NCBI GenBank assembly: GCA_016932255.1
Contig: JAFGDE010000007.1
Location: forward strand, 269 to 64,268
From: Candidatus Saganbacteria bacterium
Lineage (GTDB): Bacteria; Margulisbacteria; WOR-1; O2-12-FULL-45-9
Direction: 5' to 3'
Length of the DNA: 64,000 nt
Positions 25,304 through 33,783 of the stretch are shown here, piece after piece. Position 1 is the stretch's first letter. Each line of letters opens with the position of its first letter. A program made the translations under genes and the position numbers. The notes below the pieces were generated by a model. It saw only the letters and a program-made list of their open reading frames with translations, made no database searches and was not told the DNA's origin.

Positions 25304-25774
25304 TCAGCGCAGATCCCTTATTTTTAGTTCGAAGTTGACATCAGGCCGAGCAGGAGTCTTGACCTTAAGTATGATATAGCAATCCAGATAGAGCAGGGGG
25401 GCCAGCTTGAACACGGTCTTGCCCAGGCTTTGCCCCTTAAGCGGATGATGACTGGTCAGGTGACGGATAAGAGCGCGCAGGCCTTTAGCCAGCGCCTGTT
25501 CAGCGTCAGCGCGATCATAGTGAACGGAGCGGACATAGAGGTTCAGGTCGATCGCCCTAATATTAAAACCGGTCAGGGCGCTGGCGATATCCTGGTAACC
25601 AAGCTGTCTTATTCTGGACAGGATTAGGGTATTGCGCCTATGGCCGTTAAGCAGCAGATCTTTGGCCAGTGTTTGAGAAAAAGGCTTTAGGCCTGTCAGC
25701 CGCTCGTGCCTGGCATCGTATAAATAACCCAGTCCTCTGAGGAACAGGTCAAAGGCAGGCGATATCCTGTGCAT
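25304..25774 (-). CDS. Hypothetical protein (module 2, first gene), distant paralog of 26819-27316
   Basis: 156 aa. N-terminal HRISPAFDLFLR...RLTGLKPFSQTLAKDL aligns with SQISPCFTLLRR...RYLKGLNHFAGLLGESL, and KGLRAL aligns with AGLREL. Confidence 0.45.
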   Translation of the reverse strand: MHRISPAFDLFLRGLGYLYDARHERLTGLKPFSQTLAKDLLLNGHRRNTLILSRIRQLGYQDIASALTGFNIRAIDLNLYVRSVHYDRADAEQALAKGLRALIRHLTSHHPLKGQSLGKTVFKLAPLLYLDCYIILKVKTPARPDVNFELKIRDLR

Positions 25775-25817
25775 GATTACCCCGTTGATTTATCCGTCTT
25801 CTGCGCCGATAATTTCA

Positions 25818-25845
25818 TTTACAAAGGATTGTTTGATTATATAAT
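25818..25845 (+). promoter_or_regulatory. Candidate promoter for the 41-aa membrane peptide gene
   Basis: TTTACA (25818-25823), 16 nt, then TATAAT (25840-25845). Confidence 0.4.
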
Positions 25846-25877
25846 TAGTAAGCGAAACTCAAAATAAGGAGATCATC

Positions 25878-26003
25878 ATGGCTATAGTCCAACTGATCCT
25901 TGGCAGTGCCATCTTTGCCGCAGTGGTCTTTTACTTTATCAAACGCAGTAAAAAACTGGATAAGATGGAGATGGAAGAGCGGTTGAGGGATGAGTACCGT
26001 TAA
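25878..26003 (+). CDS. 41-aa single-TM peptide
   Basis: Strong SD (AAGGAG) 7 nt upstream of the ATG. Sequence MAIVQLILGSAIFAAVVFYFIKRSKKLDKMEMEERLRDEYR, a hydrophobic helix plus a charged tail. It is on the opposite strand between the two modules. Confidence 0.45.
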   Translation: MAIVQLILGSAIFAAVVFYFIKRSKKLDKMEMEERLRDEYR

Positions 26004-26015
26004 TGGCCAAAGAAG

Positions 26016-26819
26016 TTATATTTCCCCTCTAATATCAGGTGTGCTCAAGCCAGAGCGTCGCGTGATCCTGAGCACCAGGCCGTGATTGCCCTGCAGGATG
26101 ATATCGAACCTGGAAAAGAGCGGGGCATAGAAGCGGCGGTAAAAAGCGAGCTGTTTAAGAAGGTTCCAGGAGCGTCTGGACAACCCATTTACATTACTGC
26201 CCTCGATATTGAGGAATTGCATGAACATCGTGCCGCCGGGAGCAAGCACCCTCTTTACTTCATTGATCGCCCGGACCGGATCTTCCAGGTTGATCAGGCT
26301 GGGCCGGGCAAAAACAAAACTGAAGTGGCCAGATTTGAACGGGATTGCCTCGATCACTCCGGGTACGACCTCAGTTGTATCCATTGGCGGGTCGAATTCC
26401 AGCAGCTCCTGGGGATAGTCAACGATATCAAGACAGATGACCTGAAGGATCTCCTTGTAAAGATGCTGGAACTGGCGCGCAGCCACGGCAAATCCAGACG
26501 AAATGAACAGGGCGAAAGCCAGAGGGGCTTCGCCTGAGCGAAGCTGCTCCACCAGGCGGGGGTCGGTCAGGTCAAGATGGAACTGTTCGGAGTATTTGGC
26601 CAGGTCGTTGGCCAGGGCGCGGTCGATCAGTTTATCCGGCTCCAAATGGAACAGCTCTGCCAGAGCAGCCTGAGTTGTTGCAATGCTGTCCTGGCGGGAT
26701 AATTTGCCTTGCGGCTCTTCAGGCAGACGGATATCAAGCGGCCTGACCCGATACTTCTGGCATTGTTCGAAATAGGGCCTTCGGATCAGCTTTGGCAGAA
26801 CTGTTTCACGAATCAGCAT
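26016..26819 (-). CDS. Class-I SAM-methyltransferase-fold protein with an atypical motif I (module 1, second gene)
   Basis: 267 aa. FKSGHFSFVFARPSLINLEDPVRAINEVKRVLAPGGTMFMQF is a typical Methyltransf_11-type segment. The motif I position reads VICLDIVDYP and has no Gly loop. Confidence 0.55.
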   Translation of the reverse strand: MLIRETVLPKLIRRPYFEQCQKYRVRPLDIRLPEEPQGKLSRQDSIATTQAALAELFHLEPDKLIDRALANDLAKYSEQFHLDLTDPRLVEQLRSGEAPLAFALFISSGFAVAARQFQHLYKEILQVICLDIVDYPQELLEFDPPMDTTEVVPGVIEAIPFKSGHFSFVFARPSLINLEDPVRAINEVKRVLAPGGTMFMQFLNIEGSNVNGLSRRSWNLLKQLAFYRRFYAPLFSRFDIILQGNHGLVLRITRRSGLSTPDIRGEI

Positions 26820-27316
26820 TAGTAGCCTCCATATATCCTGGGGTAAGGCAAAGAGCGGACCCTGACGGACATGGCAACGTTTTGTCCCTCGCTCGAAGTG
26901 ATGGTCAGCTCGCTTTCCAGGACCTGTTCTGTATCGCCGTGATCAAAGAAAAGGCATTGAGCGGCTGGCGCGGGTCGGCCGTAAGTGGCCAATTCGCGCA
27001 GGCCGGCCTTAAAGGAATCTAGGATCAATCTGTCCAGCTGCGAAGGGCCGGGCAGAAAGGTATCGTTCTTTAGAAAAAAGTGGATCTCGCTGACGCCTTT
27101 TTCTTCGATCGCCCTGGTAATGGCGGGGAAGCCGGCCTTTATCTCTGAGAACCTGACCCGGCTTTGCCGTTCCATATCGATCCGTAAAGATTCGCCCAGC
27201 AGTCCGGCAAAATGGTTCAGTCCTTTAAGATAACGTGTTTCACCGGATACCAGTCGGGAAGCGCGCCTTAGCAGGGTGAAGCAGGGCGATATTTGGCTGT
27301 AGCTTGAATATATCAT
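26819..27316 (-). CDS. Hypothetical protein (module 1, first gene), distant paralog of 25304-25774
   Basis: 165 aa. The stop overlaps the start of the downstream methyltransferase-fold gene. See the paralogy evidence above. Confidence 0.45.
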   Translation of the reverse strand: MIYSSYSQISPCFTLLRRASRLVSGETRYLKGLNHFAGLLGESLRIDMERQSRVRFSEIKAGFPAITRAIEEKGVSEIHFFLKNDTFLPGPSQLDRLILDSFKAGLRELATYGRPAPAAQCLFFDHGDTEQVLESELTITSSEGQNVAMSVRVRSLPYPRIYGGY

Positions 27317-27449
27317 GGCGGCTATAATTTGTATCAGAGAAATGCCGGCCGAATTTCAACCGCGTATCATAAAAAACCGGCTGAATTTTTATCTCCAGCA
27401 GCCAGGGAGCGGGCATGACCTTTCGGCTGCCGGAAGCCGGCAGAGTAAG

Positions 27450-27977
27450 TTAGAACTTCTGCCTGATCTCCTGCCAGTTGCTGACCCTGACGATATTGGG
27501 CTTGCTGACAGCCTGCCTGTTCCAGGGGTGATCGACCAGAAAGACACGTTCGCAGTGATCGGCTAGGACCTCACATTCACGGATATTGTCTTCAATGAAC
27601 AACTGGCAGCCGTTGGCTTTCTCGTGCTTTGTCAATTCTTTTACGTGATGCAGCTCATGGAAAGGGATCTGATTTTGACTGAGCCACTGCCTTGTCTGGC
27701 GCTTAAAAAGTGGCAGGCGGCTGGTGACCAGGCTGATATCGTGGTCATTGGACCAGTCCCTGATCGCTTCTGCAGCGCCGTCGATCAAGGGGATCTTGGT
27801 CATTATCTGCCTGCGCCAGGCCATGAAGTAGTAGCGCAGGAGTTTCCAGCGGTTGCGCCGCATGGTTTCAGTGACCTCCTGGGCCGTATGTTCCCGGCCC
27901 ATGAACCGGTTGTAAAGCGGTATCAGGCTGTTAAAAGTATCGGCTATTACATTATCGATATCGATACAGATCCTCAT
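27450..27977 (-). CDS. HAD-superfamily 5'(3')-deoxyribonucleotidase-like protein
   Basis: The N-terminal MRICIDIDNVIAD (DxDxV) nucleophile motif and the size (175 aa) fit the NT5C-type family. It is divergent from thyX. Confidence 0.6.
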   Translation of the reverse strand: MRICIDIDNVIADTFNSLIPLYNRFMGREHTAQEVTETMRRNRWKLLRYYFMAWRRQIMTKIPLIDGAAEAIRDWSNDHDISLVTSRLPLFKRQTRQWLSQNQIPFHELHHVKELTKHEKANGCQLFIEDNIRECEVLADHCERVFLVDHPWNRQAVSKPNIVRVSNWQEIRQKF

Positions 27978-28032
27978 AGCCTTGATTTTATCATTGTTGA
28001 GGCGGTTTTGCTAATATGCTAGAATCGCTCTT

Positions 28033-29439
28033 ATGCAGGTCATCCTCGCGGGCTACAACGTTGACAAGGACGTCCTGGAAGAGCTGAAAAGCTCCGGCCG
28101 GCCCAGGTCTGACGTAACGCCTGAGACATTATCAGCCTCTTATGCCAGGATCTCACGCGATCCCAGGCCGATCAATGAACTGCGCCAGGTCGCCCGGCAG
28201 GAAGTGGAAAAAGCCCGCAAATCCAATTCAACTATCATCTTTAAAATGGGCCATCATTCGATCGCTGAACACGCTGTTTTTAACTTTGATATCCTGGGAG
28301 TATCGCGCCTGGCCCTGGAAGAGATCGAGAAGTTCCGTCTTTGCGCTTATACTGAAAAATCCCAGCGCTACCAGAAACTGGGCGATGATTTTGTCATGCC
28401 TGAGGAGATAAAGGGCACGGACAACGAAAACCGTTTTAGCGACACGGTCAAGCAGCAGAACGCTTTCTATCATGAGTTAGTAGGCAAGGGGATCGAGCCC
28501 GAGGACGCGCGCTATATCACTTCTCTGGCCACGCAGGGGCAGGTCGGCCAGACGATCAATGCCCGCAATCTTGAATACCTTTTCCGCCGTTTTGCTTCGC
28601 ATCGCCTGGCCGAGGTAAAGCAGCTGGGACTGGAAATGTACCGGCTGGTCGAACCGATCGCCCCTTCGATCATCCTGTTCACCGAAGCCAATGCTTATGA
28701 TCAGCAAACAGGCGTTGAACTGGCTCAGCTGACCTCTAAGTTCAATAGCGGAGCTAAAAAGGCTAAAAATGAAGTTGAACTGGTCGATTTTTCCCGTGAC
28801 GCCGATAATAAACTGGTCGCGACACTGCTCCATGCGAGCACTGACCTGACATTTAAAAAATGCCTCAAGCAGGCCAAGCTGATGGATGAGCCTGAAAAGC
28901 TTGAGCTGATCAAAAGCTGCTTCAAATATGCTGAGTTCTATGACCGGGCCAGGCGCGAGTTCGAATTCGTTGACCTGACCTATGACCTGGTGGTATCCGC
29001 GGCCTGTTTCGGCCAGCTCAAGCGCCACCGTATGGCCTCGCTCATCAGCCAGCCCTATGACCCCCGCCTCGGGGTGACGATACCTGAGGCGATAACCAGA
29101 GCCGGCCTGGCCAGGGAATTTGAGAAGATAGTAAACATCACCAACAGGACTTATAATAAACTTGCAGCCGGCGACAGGTCGGCCGCCCAGTACGTCTTGA
29201 CCAATGCCCACCGCCGCCGTGTATTAATAAAAGTTAATGCCCGCGAGCTATATCACGTTTCCCGTCTGCGCGAGGATAAACATGCTCAGTGGGACATCCA
29301 GAGGATCGCAGCTGGCATGTCCGCGGCCGCCAGAAAGGTCATGCCTTTGACCATGTTGTTCATCGGCGGCAAGGATATCTATCCGGAAGTTTACGAGCGG
29401 CAGTTCGGTCAAAGACCAAAAGTTGAGCCGCAATACTGA
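28033..29439 (+). CDS. thyX: FAD-dependent thymidylate synthase ThyX, double-length (tandem ThyX-fold) form
   Basis: 468 aa. The first half carries ...HHSIAEHAVFNFDILGVSR...EKSQRYQKL (SQRY part of the ThyX motif). The second half carries ...FGQLKRHRMASLISQPY (RHR part). Confidence 0.8.
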   Translation: MQVILAGYNVDKDVLEELKSSGRPRSDVTPETLSASYARISRDPRPINELRQVARQEVEKARKSNSTIIFKMGHHSIAEHAVFNFDILGVSRLALEEIEKFRLCAYTEKSQRYQKLGDDFVMPEEIKGTDNENRFSDTVKQQNAFYHELVGKGIEPEDARYITSLATQGQVGQTINARNLEYLFRRFASHRLAEVKQLGLEMYRLVEPIAPSIILFTEANAYDQQTGVELAQLTSKFNSGAKKAKNEVELVDFSRDADNKLVATLLHASTDLTFKKCLKQAKLMDEPEKLELIKSCFKYAEFYDRARREFEFVDLTYDLVVSAACFGQLKRHRMASLISQPYDPRLGVTIPEAITRAGLAREFEKIVNITNRTYNKLAAGDRSAAQYVLTNAHRRRVLIKVNARELYHVSRLREDKHAQWDIQRIAAGMSAAARKVMPLTMLFIGGKDIYPEVYERQFGQRPKVEPQY

Positions 29440-29462
29440 ACCGGTGAGGGGAGATCTTCCTG

Positions 29463-30332
29463 TTGAATAATAGACCACTGACCGCGCAGTTAACGACTTT
29501 TACGGCTTCGGTCCTTTTCGCGTTAATGGCTTTCTGTGTCAAGCTGGCCAGCGCCGGACTCTCCGGACCGGAGATCCTGTTCATTCGCGCCATGATCAGC
29601 ATTGTTGTCATCGGTGCTGTGCTGTCCTTTGTTTATAAAGGCCGCGTCAGGATCAGGAATCTCAATCTATTGGTGGTCAGGGCGGTCTTTGGCGGGCTGG
29701 CCGTGCTGTTCTATTTTATCGCTATATCGCGGATCCCCCTGTCAAGCGCGGCCCTGCTGGCAAATTCCTATCCGCTGTTCGCGGTCATCTTTTCTGCGGT
29801 GCTGATAAAGGAGCGGACCAACCTTGATTCGCTCTTGGCCGTGCTGCTGGCCCTGGGTGGCATGGTGCTGGTGCTTGAGCCGCGTTTCGGCAAACTGGAC
29901 ATCGGTTATTTCCTGGCCATTGCCTCGGCTGTAGTCGGTGGCGTGGCGGTCACCTCGATAAAGGAATTACGCAAGACCGATTCTTCCTGGATGATCGCCC
30001 TGTTCCAGATGATCGGCGCGGCAGTACTCTCGTTGTTCCTGACCACCGCATCCTTCAGGATCCCGGACGCCGGACAATGGTTGCTGCTGCTCCTGATCGG
30101 TGTGCTGGGCACGGGCGCTCAACTGGCCTTTACCAGGCCGTTCAAAGCGCTGCCGACCGCGGAGGGCAGCATGGTGGCTCCGCTCTATACGGCGATTGTC
30201 ATGGTGCTTTCAGTCCTGTTCCTCGGGGAAGTCCTGACCATGCGCATGGTCTCAGGCGCTCTGCTGATCTTCGGTAGCATGATCTATCTGATCGTCCGTG
30301 AAGAGTTCAATATCCGCCGCCAGATCATATGA
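29463..30332 (+). CDS. EamA/DMT-family transporter
   Basis: 289 aa with about 10 TM helices arranged as two EamA-like repeats. TTG start. Confidence 0.75.
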   Translation: MNNRPLTAQLTTFTASVLFALMAFCVKLASAGLSGPEILFIRAMISIVVIGAVLSFVYKGRVRIRNLNLLVVRAVFGGLAVLFYFIAISRIPLSSAALLANSYPLFAVIFSAVLIKERTNLDSLLAVLLALGGMVLVLEPRFGKLDIGYFLAIASAVVGGVAVTSIKELRKTDSSWMIALFQMIGAAVLSLFLTTASFRIPDAGQWLLLLLIGVLGTGAQLAFTRPFKALPTAEGSMVAPLYTAIVMVLSVLFLGEVLTMRMVSGALLIFGSMIYLIVREEFNIRRQII

Positions 30333-30739
30333 AATATCTTAAGCGTTTTATCATCCTGTTCGTCCTGTTAGACAATCTGCTGACCAATCTGCCGGGGAGA
30401 TACATGTTTAAGAGCCACTGGCGCATCGAAGGCCGCTGCAAACAATGCGGCATTTGCTGTCAGGAAATATATCTTAAAATAACCCCTGCCCAGATGAAAG
30501 GCAGATTGTTCCGCCGTATCGCGGTTGCCTGGATCTGCTGGCTGTTCGATTTCATCTATCTGCGAACCGATTATTCCTTTAACTGTATAGTTTTTACCTG
30601 CCGGCACCGGCTTAGCGACGGCCGCTGCGGCAATTATTTCTGGCGGCCCAGCGTCTGCCGTAACTATCCGCTGACCGATTATTTCACTGAGCCGAAATTG
30701 CTGCCCAATTGCGGGTTTAGGGCCGTGCCAAATGACTGA
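30329..30739 (+). CDS. YkgJ-family cysteine-cluster protein
   Basis: CKQCGICCQ plus the C-terminal CGNYFWRPSVCRNYP pattern. Confidence 0.7.
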   Translation: MKYLKRFIILFVLLDNLLTNLPGRYMFKSHWRIEGRCKQCGICCQEIYLKITPAQMKGRLFRRIAVAWICWLFDFIYLRTDYSFNCIVFTCRHRLSDGRCGNYFWRPSVCRNYPLTDYFTEPKLLPNCGFRAVPND

Positions 30740-30775
30740 TCTTTTGCTATAATTGCGCCGTAAAGGGGGGCTAAA

Positions 30776-31774
30776 ATGCGCAAGGGATACATTGCCTGGC
30801 TGTTATTAATCTGTCTGCCGCTGCTTCTGTTTGTCGGCTGTGCCTCGTCCAACGATACGACCACTACGACACTGAGCCCCGCAAGCACAACGTTGACCAC
30901 GCTGGCCGGTTCGACCACCACGACGACGAACGTTTCCACGACCACCAGTGCCGGCGGCGCGACCGATCCGCCGGCCGCGACCGTTAAGCTGGCCTTTGTC
31001 CATCATTCCTGCGGCGAGAACTGGCTGAACGACAGTGACGGCGGCCTGGGCGTAGCTTTGCGCGATAACAACTATTTTGTTTCGGATACGAACTATGGCT
31101 GGGGCCCGAGCAGCATCGGCGATAACACGGACATTGGCTGGTGGTATGAATGGTTCAGGGGCGCAAGCAGCTCCACGTACCTGAGCGCCTTATATGCGGA
31201 AAGTGGACAGAATTGCACATATTCGCGCCTGGGCAGCGATCCCGGCGGCGAGAATGAAGTGATAATGTTCAAATCCTGTTTTCCGAACTCGACCCTGACC
31301 GGCTTAACCGGCGATCCTGTTCCGGCTATCGCCAGCAATCCTTTGCGCGGCGAGAATTGGGACCAGGGCCACCATTCGGTCGCCAATGCCAAAGGCATCT
31401 ATATCGATCTGCTGAATTATTTCGCCACCAGGCAGGACAAGCTGTTTATCGCGGTAACGGCGCCGCCGCTGATCGACGGGACGTACGGCAGCAACGCGCG
31501 CTATTTTAACGACTGGCTGGTCAATGACTGGCTGGCTTCGTATACCCATAATAATGTGGCGGTCTTTGATTTTTACAACGTGCTGACAGGGCCTGACAAT
31601 CATCACCGCTGGTCTGGCGGCGCGGTCCAGCATTATACGGCTGCCGGCAGTGCGAACACGGCCTATTATCCGACAGGTGATCCCCATCCCAATTCAACAG
31701 GCAACCAGAAAGCGACGACCGAGTATCTGCCGCTGCTCAATTATTATTATAACCGCTGGAAAGGCAACATCTGA
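30776..31774 (+). CDS. Lipoprotein with a Thr-rich linker and an uncharacterised globular domain
   Basis: Lipobox LLFVGC followed by the low-complexity run SSNDTTTTTLSPASTTLTTLAGSTTTTTNVSTTTS. The stop overlaps the GH57 ATG (TGATG). Confidence 0.6.
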   Translation: MRKGYIAWLLLICLPLLLFVGCASSNDTTTTTLSPASTTLTTLAGSTTTTTNVSTTTSAGGATDPPAATVKLAFVHHSCGENWLNDSDGGLGVALRDNNYFVSDTNYGWGPSSIGDNTDIGWWYEWFRGASSSTYLSALYAESGQNCTYSRLGSDPGGENEVIMFKSCFPNSTLTGLTGDPVPAIASNPLRGENWDQGHHSVANAKGIYIDLLNYFATRQDKLFIAVTAPPLIDGTYGSNARYFNDWLVNDWLASYTHNNVAVFDFYNVLTGPDNHHRWSGGAVQHYTAAGSANTAYYPTGDPHPNSTGNQKATTEYLPLLNYYYNRWKGNI

Positions 31775-33768
31775 TGCGCCGCCTCAATCTTGTTTTCGGC
31801 GTTTACTGCCACCAGCCGATCGGGAATTTTGAACATGTATTCGCCCAGGCCCATGACCGGGCCTACCGGCCGTTCCTTGAGGCAATGGCCGCGCATCCCC
31901 GGGTAAAATTTTCCGTCAATTATAGCGGTGCGCTTTACGACTGGTTCAAGGGCCAGCGGCCGGAATTCCTTGAGCTGCTGCAGAAACTGGCGAGGCGCGG
32001 TCAGGTCGAGATACTGGCTTCAGGTTATTACGCGCCGATCCTGTCTCTTATCCCTGATGAGGACAAACTGGGCCAGATCGAACTGAGCAGCAAGTTCATC
32101 AAGGAGCAGTTTTTGTCCGTACCCCGGACCCTTTGGCTGACCGAACGGGTCTGGGAACCTTCGCTGCCGAAAGCGCTGGCCAGGGCAGGGATCGAACACG
32201 TTTTGCTGGATGATGATCATTTTTTGCGCGCCGGCGTCCCTGAAAGGGAACTTAATGGGTATTATAATACGGAGGACCAGGGTGAAGTTGCCGCTGTCCT
32301 GCCGCTCAGCCGCCGTTTGCGCGAACTGATCCCGTTCCATTCAGTGCCCGAGGCCGTTGAATATCTGCGTTCATTGGCTGATGAGAGCGGTGAAGCGCTG
32401 GCGGTCTTTATGGTCGAAGGCGAAAAATTCGGCCTGCGGCCTGAAGAGCACAAGCGTGTATTTACTGATGGATATTTAGAGGAACTGCTCCGGTCTTTTG
32501 AAGCCAACCGGGACTGGCTTAACCTGACCACGGTCTCCAACCATGTTGAGGACCACGCGCCAAAAGGACTGCTTTATTTACCTTCAGGTTCATACGCCGA
32601 GATGTCGGAATGGGCCCTGCCGCTGGACTTTGATCAGGACGGGGACGGCTATTTCAGGAATTTCCTGGTCAAATATCACGAGGCAAACCTCCTGCATAAG
32701 CGCATGCTGCTGGTCAGCAAGAGATTGAGCGCTTTGGCCAACGCCCGGGACCTGTTCGGCAGGCCCAGCCAGGCGCCTGAACTCGGCCGGGCAAAACTCC
32801 GGCTCTATCAGGCTCAGGCCGGGGATGCTTACTGGCATGGCCGAAGCGGCGGTCTTTACGCCAATAATCTTCGTCACGCGGCTTATCAGAACCTGATCAA
32901 GGCGGAAAAGGAACTGACGAAATTGAGCCGCGGCGATAAGCCGTATGTGGAACTGCATATTAGCGACCTGGACAAGGATGGCAATGATGAAGTGCTGCTG
33001 GGCAATGACTTGATCGACCTTTACTTTGCGCCGGCCAGGGGCGGGGCTCTGTTCGAACTGGACTATAAGCCAAAAGCCTTTAACCTGGTCAATACGCTGG
33101 CCCGGCGCTGCGAAGCCCATCATCACGCTGGTTTGCCTCACGACAAGCGCCCGCGTTGCTGCCTGCAGGATCATTTCCTCTCACCGCAAGCAACGCTGGA
33201 AAGTTTTGCCTCAGATGACCAGGGGGAGATCGGCACGTTCGTATCAGCGGCTTACAGCTCACTACCGAAAAGACTGCCTTCAGAAGTGGGTTTGCTCCTG
33301 TCCTGCAAGGGAACGGTCGAAGGCTGTCCGGTCAAGCTCGAGAAATCGATCTCGCTCCTTCCCGGACAATCGCTGTTCACCGTTGAGTACGCGATCGTCA
33401 ATCAGGCGGCGGAGCCGGACGAGTTCCTTTTCGGCGTTGAATGGAATTTTAGTTTGTTGGCCGGCAGCGCGCCCGACCGCTACTATTGTATCGACGGGAA
33501 AAAGCCCGAGAGCCGGGGGCTGGCCAGCCGGGGGGTGGTCGATCAAGCCGATCTGATACAGCTTGTTGACGAGTGGAGCGGGTTTAGGGTATCATTAGTG
33601 CCGAGTAAATCAGCCGCGCTCTGGCGTTTTCCCGTTGAAACAGCCGTGGTCTCTGACGGGCGCCGTGAGCAGGTGTACCAAAGCTCAGCTGTCATGCCGG
33701 TCTGGCGTTTCCGATTGGGGCCGGCAGAGAGCTGGCAGGTCAAGATAACTCTCAGGATCGAAGAGTGA
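31774..33768 (+). CDS. Glycoside hydrolase family 57 protein (alpha-glucan processing enzyme)
   Basis: N-terminal LVFGVYCHQPIGNF, WLTERVWEP and the overall 664-aa architecture are typical of GH57. Context is galT-glgA. Confidence 0.8.
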   Translation: MRRLNLVFGVYCHQPIGNFEHVFAQAHDRAYRPFLEAMAAHPRVKFSVNYSGALYDWFKGQRPEFLELLQKLARRGQVEILASGYYAPILSLIPDEDKLGQIELSSKFIKEQFLSVPRTLWLTERVWEPSLPKALARAGIEHVLLDDDHFLRAGVPERELNGYYNTEDQGEVAAVLPLSRRLRELIPFHSVPEAVEYLRSLADESGEALAVFMVEGEKFGLRPEEHKRVFTDGYLEELLRSFEANRDWLNLTTVSNHVEDHAPKGLLYLPSGSYAEMSEWALPLDFDQDGDGYFRNFLVKYHEANLLHKRMLLVSKRLSALANARDLFGRPSQAPELGRAKLRLYQAQAGDAYWHGRSGGLYANNLRHAAYQNLIKAEKELTKLSRGDKPYVELHISDLDKDGNDEVLLGNDLIDLYFAPARGGALFELDYKPKAFNLVNTLARRCEAHHHAGLPHDKRPRCCLQDHFLSPQATLESFASDDQGEIGTFVSAAYSSLPKRLPSEVGLLLSCKGTVEGCPVKLEKSISLLPGQSLFTVEYAIVNQAAEPDEFLFGVEWNFSLLAGSAPDRYYCIDGKKPESRGLASRGVVDQADLIQLVDEWSGFRVSLVPSKSAALWRFPVETAVVSDGRREQVYQSSAVMPVWRFRLGPAESWQVKITLRIEE

Positions 33769-33783
33769 GACTAAGGAGGAAAA

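Noticed and set aside
27317-27449. A direct repeat CCGGC(C/T)GAATTT, present twice, and a CTGCCGG-AAG-CCGGCAG hairpin in the spacer downstream of the nucleotidase gene.
   Set aside because: It may simply be a minus-strand terminator or promoter region for the module operon. The repeats are short and imperfect, with no further support.
28477-29211. A long (244-aa) antisense ORF inside thyX. Similar long shadow ORFs occur at 5178-5828, 10226-10723, 18983-19699, 33685-34293, 41914-42612, 53115-53885, 58339-58947 and 61171-61869.
   Set aside because: Each lies fully antisense to, or out of frame within, a gene with strong family motifs. Their translations are low-complexity and Arg/Gly/Pro/Gln-rich with no motifs, which is typical of shadow ORFs.
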